Positions 11,519 through 24,245 of a DNA stretch of 64,000 nt are shown piece after piece. This DNA comes from Dudresnaya verticillata. Its lineage: Eukaryota. The notes under the pieces are model-generated. The model made no database searches and had not been told where the DNA came from. It saw nothing but the letters and a program-made list of their open reading frames with translations. The position numbers and the translations under genes are program-made. The stretch spans positions 2,418,001 to 2,482,000 of the forward strand of contig OZ374564.1 in NCBI GenBank assembly GCA_977862235.1, written 5' to 3'. The first letter of the stretch is position 1, and every line of letters begins with the position of its first letter.

Positions 11519-13192
11519 ATGTCAACCCTGGCGGAATGGCGCTCCCCGCATGACGAGCGCATGAGATTCGTTTCCCGCCTGATTTCCGCCAGCTGCTTTT
11601 CTAACGATGCGCAAAAAGCCCGTGTCGGCCTGCTTTCCAGTCTTTTGACTCGCATAGAAGCACGAGACCCCCACAATACCCTATGGATTCATTTTGTAGG
11701 GTCTTACGATATGTTGCCCAGTTTAATGCTCGAGTACGCGCTGTCTGATATCGATCTACACAGGACAGTCGCAGTTGGGACATGTGAAGTCTCTCAGCAA
11801 TTGCAACATTCACCAATGCAGTCCAAAAGATGTGGAGATAACGAGCCAGTTTCGTCGTGGATGATACCATACCTCAGTGATCTCGTCCTCTACGGTGGTG
11901 AATCGACGAGCAAAGTTATCCTACCATTGTGTAAAAACCTGCATTGGGGGTTTGTGCTCATTCCGGTGGTTTTCGAGAGCTGTCCCGTGTCTGCAACTGG
12001 TCGTTTCGCTTTGGTAAAGGGTACGTTACATTGGGCTGATAGCTTAGGTGCTTCCCCTCGGCGAGGAGAGGAAAACCAGCTGCTGTGTTTTACTCGCAAG
12101 TGCCTGCAAGCGGCATAAGAAAACGTGCATTGGACCTGCTGTGAAGAGAATTGGATGCTTCACAAGAACGGTATGCGATTTGCAAGGCAGAGGGACGGCG
12201 ATAGCTGTGGGTTTTATGTCATTGCTTCGGTATTGCAATTTTCGTCTGCTGGCAATCGTGGCGAGTTCGAACGGGTTCCTAAACACCCATACAGACCGCA
12301 TTACTCGCCCGGGGCAAGCAATAAAATTAGAGATGCGTGCATCCGTGTAATGTGCAAGCATACCCTACGGATAATGTCGGGGATAGGCCCTGACCGCGAT
12401 GCCATTCGAAACAGCTACGAGCGGAAACTGTACGGCCTTCTCAGACTAATATGGAAATACCCGAACAGAACCCAGCTACTCTCACGGGAACCGGTTCGAG
12501 TTAATTCTGCCAATTCTGATCGCAATAGTGCACTGGAATTGGCGCCTCTGCAATCTTCTGCACCGCGGAGCCAGGAAGTTCGTGAGCCGTTGAGCCAAAT
12601 ACTCTCTCTCCCTAATCTGACGCCCAGCCATCCAACAACGGGACTGAGCTCTGTGGCCACACGGTCTACCGCAGAAGAGAATGCGAAACGCCATGGAAAG
12701 GGTGGTGATATCTACCCTGCCCGTCCGAAAGGCCCTGAGAGCGGCCTAGATTGCGGCCTGGACTGCGACGCAGCAGCCCGTCCTGCGAAGCCCGGCACCC
12801 GTCCGCCCAGAAATGTCGTGCATCCTACTCCGATTGCGCTACATAATCTTCTTGGCAGCTCTGATGACGACGACGACTTCATGGAATTAGTTCATCCCCG
12901 CAAGCCTACCACGGCTCCTGCTGCGACTGCGAGTTCTAGCTCGTCAAACACGTCGTCGTCTTTGAGCGGTGGTAACAGCGTTGCGGAAATCCCGCGCTCG
13001 AAAGTACCGTCCTCTGAACATCTCGAGATGTTGATCAACATTCCGGTTGTTCCGCCACTCGAAGCTGACGGTTCGAAAGCCGAGAGGTTCTTCCTCTCTA
13101 CTACAGCCAACGCCGCGGAATATGCAGCGTCATTCACTCATTCTGGATTCTTCTTCAAGAAGAACTACGTGCGAAGGACTGGAAACGGATAA
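11519..13192 (+). pseudogene. Ulp1/C48-like cysteine (SUMO) protease domain plus low-complexity linker, N-terminal part of the MULE ORF
   Basis: His-Asp-Gln-Cys motif order: ILPLCKNLHWGFVL, HWADSLG, RQRDGDSCGFYVI. ORFs 11519-12118 and 12125-13192 are in the same frame, separated by a single TAA. Confidence 0.8.
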
Positions 13193-16100
13193 AATCACGA
13201 CTGGAAGGTTCGTTTCCGCTGCTTGAGAGAGGGAACCACCTCGGCCACAGGGAGCCGTGCAAAGTGTCATTCGTTTGTCATCGCCGAGTCGACGAAAATG
13301 GTTGGGATTTGTGGGATGCTTCAGAGGATATTCATGTATCCCACAATCACCCAGCGGAACGGAAGCATCCGAGGTACAACTTCTCGGTAAAGCTCAGGAA
13401 GCACTACAGAGATAAGCACTTCGCAAGAATTCTCCCCCGGATGGAAGGAAGCTTCCAGGCCGATCCTGTACCCGTTCTTGCTGCATTGCGGCCGATCAGT
13501 ATCACGTTGAGGCCAATTCTTGCTAATCATCCAGGCGTCTCATCATCCTGTGGTGGGTGTCAAGACCGCTCAACCACGTGGACCGGCACAGGGAGTGAAA
13601 TCGCAATCGGAGGCGGAGTTGCGAGTCGGAGAGGTACGACTGAAGCATTGCCTGCGATGTCGGACGCTGAGAATGAGGAAGTGATAGACCTCTACAGTAG
13701 GAGTGACAGCGATACTGAGCGGGTGGCAGCTTTATCCAGTCCTATTCGGCGCAAGAGAACTGAAGCCCAAGGAAATGCGCCAATTGAGGTTACAGTCGTA
13801 GAATCGCCGACGGCGGATCTCAAGATGACACTGCAGTCTTCCGTGGAAAAATCGACGCTCAATGCGCTGGACGCGATGTCAAGCAGGGAATCATCGTGAT
13901 ATGAGAGCTTTTGGTCTCAATACAGTAGTGCTGAGTTCTGAATACGAGAAGGATAGCGATGGGAGACGGGGAGGATTAAAGCGCTCAAATTTTTCATGCG
14001 TGAGAGACGGGTTCGTACGCTTGTGACCTTGGAATGAAGGTCACAAGCGAATTAGTAGCGCATATAATTGACGATGGGCAAGAGAACGGGTTAACATCGA
14101 AAGTCCGAACGTACTACATTTCTTTCTCCGAGAAGGAGCACAACCACGCGCCCGAGACTCGCAAACTGCGTTGTAGATTGCCACCGCATATGTTTGAGGA
14201 GACAGGTGATATGCACAACAAGTTCTTCCTTGCTTTCGCGGACGTTGTACGCTTCCTGGAGCGCAAGTACGGACTCGTCTGTGACAACCGCACTCTGCAA
14301 CGGCAGCTGACGAGACATAAATCGCTGGGCAACCCGAAAGACCTCGCCGCACAGCGTTTAGTTCACAATCGCATGAATCTGCGCAATGAGAATGCAGGTA
14401 GCTTCTGACAACTCGTGCAAGGGGAGGAAGATGGTGCTCTACATTCGATTTTGTGGTGCTCGTCTGAATGGAGAGCTGAGTACTACAGATTAGGGGTGCT
14501 TCCCGGTGTTTATGTGGACTGCAAGGCGAAGCGGAACGAGTATATGATGAATCTGATCAATGTTAATGGTCGTACAAACTGTGGGAGAGTATTTACTGCC
14601 ATGATGGGTTTCCTAAGCTACGAAACTATGGAATCCTTCCAGTGGTTCTTTCGAAAGTTTAATGAGTGTGCTATGATGTATTGCCCGCCATGATCGCGAT
14701 GGATCAGAGCACCGCATGTATGTCCGCTTGTCGTTCCGTCCTGACAAGCACGTATGTCACATTGGACGAGTGGCACCTAAACCAGAACCATAAGAGAAAC
14801 GCCATGTCTTATCTACAAGACATTCGAATTCCGCATTTTTACAATGAAATGGCGGCGGAATTGTTTCTCCTGAGGAATTCTTCGACGGCTCAACGATTTG
14901 TGGAAAGACGGACAGCTTTTGAAAATGCGTATTTCGTACGATATGGGATGCTACCGCCGAGATGGTTTAACTACCTGTACTACAATGAGTCAAGAGCGCT
15001 CATTGACTGCTTCAATAGGAGAGCTTGCGAGCCTCGGTTCCTTTTCAAAGGCAGCGGGTACACAGAAGCTTCCAACTCTGAGTACCCCGAGGTTGTGGCC
15101 GGGAAAAAGGTCGCAATGGAAGTCGTTCCGGAGGTTATGGCGAGGGTCACGGCGAACAGAAGGGCGGCCAGAATTGCTGATAAGCTCAAGTCGCGTTCGG
15201 CTTCGTATTGCTCGAAGTTCTCTACATCGTGCGGCATGAGTGCGGAAAGGTCTCCAAGGCTTTGCAGCCGGTATACGAAGTACTCACTTGATATGTTCTA
15301 CAAATTCAGTGTGTTGAAGGCGATTGAGTTCACTGTTTTGGAGTGTAGAGTAGCAACCCGTGATATCACTTCTTTGACTCTGAATCCTCGAAGCCGGTCT
15401 GATTCTCCAACCGGTACGCATGAAGTCGTCGTTTTCCGCGTCGGTTGGAACAGAACTGCACAGGAAGGGTCAGCACGAAACACCCTGCCTGTACAGCACA
15501 CGGAGGCAGGTGCAGCTGCTGGGAATGAAAACACTCAGACCCAAATAGATGAAGTAGCCCCGGTTGAAGAGGGGTTACCATCGGGACCTGCAGTTCCGAA
15601 TGTGGGTACGGTGCAGGGGACGGGAGAAGGGGAGGGTCAAACATCTGGAATGAGCTTCTTCTCATCTCTCATCAATATCAGTAACAGATTCGATTCTCGG
15701 CAGTCTGGAGCGGGACGAAATGGCGGCGGTCAATCCACCTCCGCGGCGGAGGCTCATGCATCAGATCCCCACGTGCAGGTATGGCAGGAACATCAGCCCG
15801 TGCTTGACGATGTAGCAGAGTTGGCTGCAGCGCTGGCAACTATTGAACACGACCATCCACTTGTGTCATTCAACATAACATATGAGGTAGTGGTTGTGCA
15901 TTTCGAATATTTTGGAGTGCAGTATACGTGCAGCTGCAGGTTATCAAGCAGTGCAGGGTTCCCTTTCTCTCATATAGTGCGCGTCGCGGTTGTATATGAT
16001 GAAGTCCGGGTTCTGCGTCCGACTGTGACCCGGACTATAGGACCCGTGATTCCATTAGATAACCTCTTCCATAATTACTGGGAGCTTGATGCAAGCAAGC

Positions 16101-16720
16101 GCACCCAGAAGGATATTCAACCCGAGCGAAACGAGCTATATCAGAGGTGGGCGAGCGAAAATGGCTTGAACAACGATGTTGGTGCAGTGCTGATTGCCGT
16201 CCAGGAGGACATAGTTACCGGGCAAGACGGAACGGCCGTTGTTTCCCGAGAGGTTGTTCGTGCGGGTGCGGATGGCGCGGAAGATGAGGAAGCCAGACGC
16301 GAAAGAGAAGTTCGAGTTGAAACCAGCCGACATGTGTCATGGGCTGGAGCAACAAGTCTGACCACAGAGATGCACAGGGTTGCTTCAAACGCAGGGGAAG
16401 GTCGTGTTCGTGAGTTGATGTTATATCTCCGCCAAGGTCTCACCATTCTCCGTGGGGGAGATTCACCCTTTTCGTTAGACGTAGGCGGTCAGACAGTTGC
16501 TCCTTCGAATAACCCTCTACAAAATACTGTACAAGGCCGTGCCCCCGCGACCGCAGGAACAAGTCGGCAAGCTCGGGGCTCACAAAGCAGGCCACGCCAA
16601 TATGTTGGTAGGCGATACAATCAGAACCACCGCCCTGGGTTCCCGCCCGTTACGATGAGAGAAGTTCATGTCCAGGGACCAGGAGAGCTACAAATACTAT
16701 CAGCAACCCGGCGAGGGTAG
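13193..16720 (+). pseudogene. MULE transposase: two FAR1/WRKY-GCM1-like zinc fingers, MULE DDE core and SWIM finger, with frameshifts and stops
   Basis: C..C..HNH motifs (VRFRC..SHNH ~13350; EHNH ~14140). VYVDCKAKRNEY..L, LSYETMESFQWFF, IAMDQSTAC..LDEWHLNQN, and SWIM-like YTCSCRLSSSAGFPFSHIV (~15925). Confidence 0.88.
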
Positions 16721-17559
16721 CAGACAGGAGAGATCTTGGGCAGAAGAGAATCCATTCCGCAGCTGAAGGATGGGGACCAAGTCGCAGGCAACGCCGCGGC
16801 TCAGGATCCTCCCAGTAGTTTAGTAAACCGGAACAGTAAACGCTACTTCCTACTCTTGCTCCTCGTGTTACGGCGTTCCTGCGAAAGAGCATCTCGCGAA
16901 GTAGACCGGTCGCGCGAGCCCTCGCGATCCTATGCATCTTCCGCGTCCACGGCATTCCGCATTATGACATCAAGTGCAGCCTGTTTCTCGGCAACCTTCG
17001 CAGTGGGCTTTGCCGCTCGCGGTACCTCAATGGCGTCAACCTCGGCGACGTTTGCATCTTTTGAAATAGGCTTCACGCTTGAAGCATCCACGGCGGGTTC
17101 ATCCGCAGCCGTGTCCTTTTCAGCAGTAGAGGACAGTGTTGGGGCTGCATCCGGTGGTCCTGATGGCTTGTCGGTTTGATTCTCGACATCCTGACTCCTT
17201 GTAGAGCTGGGTTTGCCCGCAGCAACAGCATCGCCTTTCTGCGCTTCACAAGCGCCCGCTTCAACAGGATTGTCTGCAGGAACGCTTCTAATTGCCGTGG
17301 AGGTTGGCTTGGCCGCAACCTCGGGCTTTGGGGGACGAGAGGCATCGTTGAAGCGCCTTGGCCGATTACGTCCCAAATTCGCCGCCGTGTTCGGGGCAAG
17401 GCCGGAGGCTACTGCAGGGCCAGCTTCTGCAGGTGAGACCGAGCCCTGTACACCCCTTGTCCCATGCGCACCTGTAACTGTGGCTGGTCTCACAACGGCA
17501 TTATTGAAGCGATCCGGGGCTTGGGCGTAGTTTGAATCACCGTTTTCGCCCTGGCCGCC

Positions 17560-18240
17560 GTTGTTTCTCCCACCACCATTCCTGCCGCCGCTGCCACCGC
17601 CGTTGTTGCCACCGCCATTGCCACTGCCGCGCGCGGCGGCGCGATCGTCGCTCCCACCGCCATTTGTGCCTCCACCGTTGTCACCGCGGTTTCCACCTCC
17701 ATTGCCGCGTACGCGGTTGTCGTTCCCGCCACGATTGTTGTACCCTCCACCGCGGTTGTCGTTGAAACCATTTCCGCGATACCCTCCGCGGTTGTCATTG
17801 TAGCCGCCCCGATTGTCGTAGCCGTCGCGGTTGTCGGTGTACCCGCGGTTGTCGTAGCCGTCGCGGTTGTCGGTGTACCCACGTTTGTCGTAGCCGTCGC
17901 GGTTGTCGTTATACCCGACGCGGTTCCTGAACCCGTGGTTGTTGTTTTACCCTCCGTGGTTGTTGTAGCCACCGCGATAGTCATCATAGCTGTCGCGGTT
18001 GTTGTAACCACCACGATTGTCATCATAACCACCGCGGTTGTCGTAGCCGCTGCGGTTGACGTAGCCACCGCGGTTGCTGTAGCCACCGCGGTTGCTGTAT
18101 CCACCGCGGTTGTTGTAGCCGCTGCGGTTGCTGTACGCGCCGTGGTTATCGTTTTGACCGCCACGGTAGTCGTTGTGGCCCCCACGGTTGTCATTGTGGC
18201 CACCTCGGTTGTCGTCGTTGTAGCCGCCGCGATCGTCTTT
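17560..18240 (-). repeat. Coding tandem repeats (18-21-bp units) encoding NRGGY(S/D/N)
   Basis: Repeated GTAGCCACCGCGGTTG / GTAGCCGTCGCGGTTGTC units on the plus strand. Confidence 0.9.
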
Positions 18241-18964
18241 ATACCCGCAGTTGTTCTGAATGGTGAGGTCCGGTAAAGGCCCTTGGCTATACGGCCGATC
18301 GCGATCATCTCCGAAATAGCCCTGCTTGAGCGGGGCGATCCTTCCATTCACAATACCTTCCATCAGAACGGCTTCCTCATGTGCAAGCGGGGCAATGCAC
18401 CGCTGCGTCTCCTCTGCATTGATGAATTGAATGATCGTGTTGCGCTGATTCTTGTAGGCGTCGACATTATGCCGACAATAAATGACTGCCGGGTCACTAG
18501 GATCTTCAGACGCGCACTGCTGCCTGACGAAAGTGAGAATGCGACAGTGCCGATTGAAACCCATTGACGAAGGCGCTGATCTTGGTCGACGAAATCAAAT
18601 CGCCACCTTCCATCCTCTATCTTATACATGTGCTCGAGGTAGTCTACCACCATGTGCCAAACGTATCAGTAGAAAGACTGCCCAGCCCCGGCTCCACGTC
18701 TTCCTGCCCTGGTCCCCAAACCCTCTGGCGCTTGATAATGTTGCTCATCTGCTCCCTAAACCACTTTTGCTGCCTCTCAGATGCAGACGTGAGGCAAGCC
18801 CGCTCCTTCCTGCGTTCCGTTTCGCGCTCTGCCGGAGACATGTCCTGGAAGCGGGCATTTCGCTCATCCCTCGAACTTCCACTACTGAAAAGTCTTGAAA
18901 ATTCGCCGTGGCCCCTCCCATGGCCGTGACTACGTGGAGCACCACGTTCGCGACCACGTCCGCG

Positions 18965-19769
18965 TGTGGCAGTATGGAAGCTGTCAGCAGAAGGGCTTAC
19001 AGGAGCGCACTTGCGGGACAGACTGTCCCTTAATCAGGACAGCTGTCCTTTCATCGCTGTACACGTGGATGACACGTGGGATACACGCGTGTACACGTGT
19101 ATACACGTGGCCTTACAGCTGTACACGTGGCTTACACGAGACATTGTAATGACGTCAGTTGGACACCTCGTATTGCCTGATTTATGACACGCCGCTGCGC
19201 TCCTACTGAGGAACGAGGAGAACCTCTGCGCTCAGGGTATCGACAATGCACCCGAGACCCTAGCCTGGACACCGGCGCATCCGCCACCAAATCCTCTAAC
19301 TGGAACACATTCCCCTATTTACATTGTACTGACTGTACTAATCTTTGTAACTATAATCACAGACTAACTTAGACCCCCTTTCGGGCTGATAGAGTTTTCG
19401 GCTGTCAAGCCCTACTTATGGGCGCCGGAATAGCCGGCGCCCTCAGAATAAACACTCAGCGGAGTTGTTCGGAAAGCTTTCACTTTTTGGTCGTTCAGAC
19501 GCTCCGCGCCTGCAGGGGCCGCCCAGTACAGGCCCGGACATCGTACGACACGTACTCTACGAAATACCGGGTCGCAACCTCTATATCTTCCTTCAGTCGG
19601 TCGCGCCGAGTCTTTACCGTGCTTCCGCACCCCCCTTTCGGGTCATCAGGGCCCGCCTTTTTCCAAGCCTCTACCAAACCTCCTTCGAGCTACCACCAAT
19701 TAGCGTGTGATATCGGACAGCTGCCTTTTCTTGTTCTTTGCTGTTTCTGGCCGGTGCCATACTGCTACA
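18965..19769 (+). repeat. 5' LTR of family A element (805 bp)
   Basis: TGTGGCAGTAT...ATACTGCTACA termini, matching 8192-8994. Confidence 0.95.
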
Positions 19770-19770
19770 G

Positions 19771-19791
19771 TGGTCTCCCGACCTAGAATCG
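19771..19791 (+). promoter_or_regulatory. Primer-binding site (tRNA-Tyr-like)
   Basis: TGGTCTCCCGACCTAGAATCG. Its reverse complement reads as T-loop end, T-stem, acceptor strand TCGGGAG-A-CCA. Confidence 0.85.
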
Positions 19792-20069
19792 TTTCCTAGG
19801 TCGGTTCCCTTCCATTGTTGCTACAATCTTTTCGAATTTTCTGGTTTCAACCACTTCAATCACGGGACGATTCCCCAGGAAGCGTCAAGTTCAAGACGGA
19901 AAAACAAGAGAAGTACGGACTGAACGGTGAAAGCCTGGGGAAAACTGTCCCCCGCCGCCCTCATCGGCACTTCCGAAAGCTACGGCTCGTTCAGCTGTCC
20001 GTCCGGAACGGTATACTCCCACGGGCAGCTATCAAGCCGACAACGGGCGCGTAAGAGTACTCAGGCGCC

Positions 20070-22845
20070 ATGCCTACATCAAATGGCGAAACCACGCGAC
20101 CAGGCCTCACGGGCCGTCGCACAAACAGCCGAACGGCGAGCTTATCTTCCGTCCGGCTGACCGGGGTGACCACCCGTGCAACTACGGCAGCAACCGCTTT
20201 AGTTCGCAGCCCCTCAGCGGGTACCCTGGGACGTCCTCCCCATGACCAAGCGGGAAGCGCCCCTGAAGAAATGGAGTTATCGGCTCGGATAGCTCAAGAA
20301 GAATTGCCCGGCTCCGGCGGAGACCAGGCCTTCAACGAAGAAGAACGGGTTGCAACCCTTACACCTCGAGTAGGAGCGAGTACGAAAGTCTCGAGTGAAA
20401 GTATGGATCGCAATTCCAGAACGCGTGAGTCTACGGGCATTTGCCACCATTGGTAAACACCCGTGGGTTTACTCCGACCGAGCCAAGCCTTCCCCCGGAC
20501 ATTGGGATGCCTATCCGGACGAAGGCCAATTCTTCCGACGAACGGTGCTTCACGGAGCGAGAAATCGGAAGGATGATCCAAGATGGAATAGAACGGACAG
20601 TCGGTCCCGAGCTGGCAGCAGCTTTAGAAGTCCAGGTGGACGAGTCACTCTCGAGAATCAAACGATATATCGATGAGTCGGCCGTTCGCCAGAATGAGGA
20701 AGTACTGACCAGATCTCAAGAGGAGATTACGTCTCGAATTCGTCTTGGAAACCCCGGCATCCCGCAAGAAGAAGGACTCGCGGTCGAGCGTGTCGAGGAA
20801 GTCCACGACACTGTGGGAACGCTTTCCCGAGAAGTTGACCAGTCGAGGAACGACGCCCTTGTGGCATTAACAGGCGTTGATCATAACGCAGACGGCGCGC
20901 GGTGCGCCGAGCAGAATGAAGCCATCGAACTCCTCCGTAAGGAACTCGATGAAGAAAGGCGAAGAGTCGCGACTTTGGATGCTCGCGTCAGGCGACTGAT
21001 GCGTGAACGGGATGAATCCCCTGAAATTCAGAGACGTCGGTCTCCTGTTCCGCGAGGGACACGCGACCGACGCCGAATTTCGCCGCATCGGGGTGGAAGA
21101 AGGGGTGGCGACCCGTACCATCGCGAGGAGAGGTATCCTCCTAGGGAGCCGGACACGCACAGTCAGTGCCTCTGCAGTGCCAGACATGGCGATAACCCAT
21201 GTATGGGACGAAGTCGAAGTGGATACCGGGACGGCTCCCCGTCACGAGATTATCGCTCGCGACCCGTAACGCCGCATGGCCGACAAGCGGACAGCCAGCA
21301 ACGGCAGTCCTCGCATCGTGACGCCGAGCCGGAGGGTGCATACGGAGCGGACTCCCGAAGCCAGCCAAGGTCCTCTTGGATAGGACCACGCCGGTCAGGC
21401 CTGAAGGAGTTGGTACCACGGAACCCAGCGTTCGCTAACGCGCTTTCGTATCGACGATACTGGTGGTTAAACCTTGACCCGTACCGGGGACCCGAGGTAA
21501 CGAAATCGACGTCCCGAAAGATTAAGCGGATCAAGTCCGTGATGCGCAGTCGACGCTTCGACGGTAGTGCCCCGGTATCGATAATCGGCTTCCTAGCCAC
21601 GCTGAAGCGTCAATTAGACCAAGCACATGTCATCGAGGGAGCCGAAATCCTATTGATACCGGCGTTTCTCGAGAAGGACGCCAAAGATCTCTTCGAGGCG
21701 AACTTCGACGTCGCGGGCGACGATAATGGGGGATTCACCGAATGGCCGGAGGCAGTGAACTACCTGCTGCGAAGTTTCGCGAAGGACGTGTACATCGAAC
21801 GCATAGCTGCCGAGATGGACCGCATGTACCAAGAGCCCGACGAGGATGAGGTATCATTCTCAAGGAGGCTCCAGAATAATGGGCGAAGAGTCGCCGGAGT
21901 GTACTCGGAGCAGGACCTCATCACACGGCTCATCCGAGGGTTGCTACCCGCTGTCAAGCCATTGCTGAGTACCACCTCACTGGACCCGGTAACGGCCCGA
22001 CTCGCGGATTACGTGGAGCTAGCCACCGCCCAAGGTGATTCCCACCGCGCGCTCGTCGGAGCCAGTCGAAGGAAGGAGAAGTCCTCCCGGCTGCTGCCCC
22101 GCAAGAAGTTGACGACACGCGCCGTCCCTGGTAAGTCGAGCCGAACTCTTCTGGTTCGACAAGGGCAGCCGGTCGCTCGGGTAACATCCTACTCCTATTC
22201 GGATAATGAGATAATGACTCTTCGAGTAGTGACTCAGATTCCAACGGGCAGGCAGTTGCTGCATTCGAACGCGACGCGGGCCCGTCCTCGGTGTCGCCGA
22301 CGGATACATGGTCCGGAGAGCCTAGTGAGAGCAGAAGCCGTTATGAAGCAGTTCAAGCGGTTCTGTCTAACCAAAATCCAAGGCTCCCCGCATGGGCACA
22401 GCCATCCAAGGCACAGCGTCCCGGATAGGTAACAGTCGATGATCTCCCGAACGATATTTGCTTTGAGTGCTTTGGTGTGGGCCACAAGAAGCCCAACTGC
22501 CCTCATTTAGGTCGTACGGACGATTTGGAATTTGCCACGCTGATGCGCCAGAATTTCTATGCTGTCGCGGCAACAAAAAGACTGGCTCACCGTCGTAGGC
22601 CGTCTCCCGAATTTCGCCAAGGAGTCTCCTCCTCCAACCTGGGCAGGGCCAGACAATGCCGGAAGGCCGGGAAATCAGTTCCATCAAAATCGCCAAGTGA
22701 ATTTCAAGGCGGGATTGAACCACCCGATCGACAGGCCGAGGCCTCACTCTCCCAGATCACCTCGCATGGGTGGACGTCCCTTTCCTCCACCACCCCTTTA
22801 CCACATTCCCCGGCTAGCAAGCCCTGCTCACAGCCGAGAAACTAG
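20070..22845 (+). pseudogene. gag: gag (frameshifted), with coiled-coil, capsid-like region and CCHC knuckle
   Basis: ORFs 20070-20456, 20441-22432, 22477-22845 and 22559-22849. ICFECFGVGHKKPNC knuckle. The copy at 61989 joins the first two frames. Confidence 0.9.
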
Positions 22846-24245
22846 CTAGGGGGACTGGGGTTCCACCCAGGAGCCCCCGATCATCCGAAAACTGAGGGTA
22901 GCAACGCGTTTGGCGCGTTGCCAACTCCAGGTTCAGCGGAACGGTCGGATGTCGAGACACCTCTCGTTCTACCCAAGAAGGTATTAGCTCGCCCGATGGG
23001 CCTCCCTTCAGGGCGTAAGTTCGAAGAGTATTGTAAGAATCCCGTATGCGCGCTGTCAATCTACAATTATAAAGTGGCTGCGGCCGTCGGGACTTCCACT
23101 GCAAAACTCACTCGCGTATTATCCGTACTGGGTTCTGGAGCAGGTCCCAACCTCATCAGAGCTGATGTCCTGTCGAAGACCGAATTGAAGAAGGTGTCGA
23201 CTTCACGACCAATCTGTAATTTAGTGTCTGCCAGCCGGCACAAACTAACTACCCTTGGAAGTATCTCTCCTGGTCCGGATTGGAAATTACACGGTACGTC
23301 AGCCATTTGTTTTTGCGCACGCGCTAACGGTCGACATGATTCTCGGATGTACCTTTATCGATAATCACGTCGACACGCTGCGCGTGCGCAACCAAACGGT
23401 GATACTCCGTGACGGGTCGGAACACCCCATTCTACGACGCCAATGTGGTCCACTCCGTCCTGACAGACCAACCGAAACTACGGAGATACCTCCTCGCCCC
23501 GTGCAGCGGCATATCCGCGTCGCTCACGCTATTCGACTACCTCCGGAATCGGAAACCTGGGTTGCGGTTACATGCCCAGCACAGGGCACCCACTTCATGG
23601 AGGCATTCCAACCTTTATACAAAACACAAGGAGTCGTCTTGTCCAACGGCATCGCCGAGATCGCACCGAACCGCCTGTTCCATGTTAAGGTAGCGAATGT
23701 TTCGCGGAAGCCCCAGCAGCTCACGAAGCGCCAACGACTTGGCCGCGCGATACCCGCTCCTTCTAGCACGCCGGTGTACGCTTTGTCCTTTGGGAACGGC
23801 TCGTCTCTTGCGCCCGACACGGCCTCGCATTCCGATTCATTCTCCAATGTGGGGGGCAGGGCTTGCTGCTGCAATACAACAGTCTTCAACGACGCCCGGC
23901 GTGACGGAAGCTGTGAAAGCGATAACAATCGACGATTTGGACTTAACCCACCTACAGGTCGAGGATGAAAAGCGCGTTCGCAAGATGCTTAAGCCATTCG
24001 CCCCTATGTGGAGTGGTCAACTCGGAACGATTAAGGTAACGGAACACCGTATAGAACTCAAGGAAGGGTCGACACCCGTGTTTCCCCAACCGTACCGCGC
24101 TGGTCCAAAGGCCAGACAGGCGGAACAAGAGGAAGTGGAGAAGATGCTCCGTGAAGGCGTTATAGAGCCCGCCCGTTCGGAGCATGCAAGCCCCGTGGTT
24201 TTAGTCAAAAAGTCCGATAGCTCGTTACGATTCTGCGTGGATTAC

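Noticed and set aside
17490..18347. 285-aa Thr/Ala-rich ORF and the opposite-strand Val/Ala-rich ORF
   Set aside because: These are alternative frames of the NRGGY repeat. The RGG frame is the one continuous with the flanking complex sequence.
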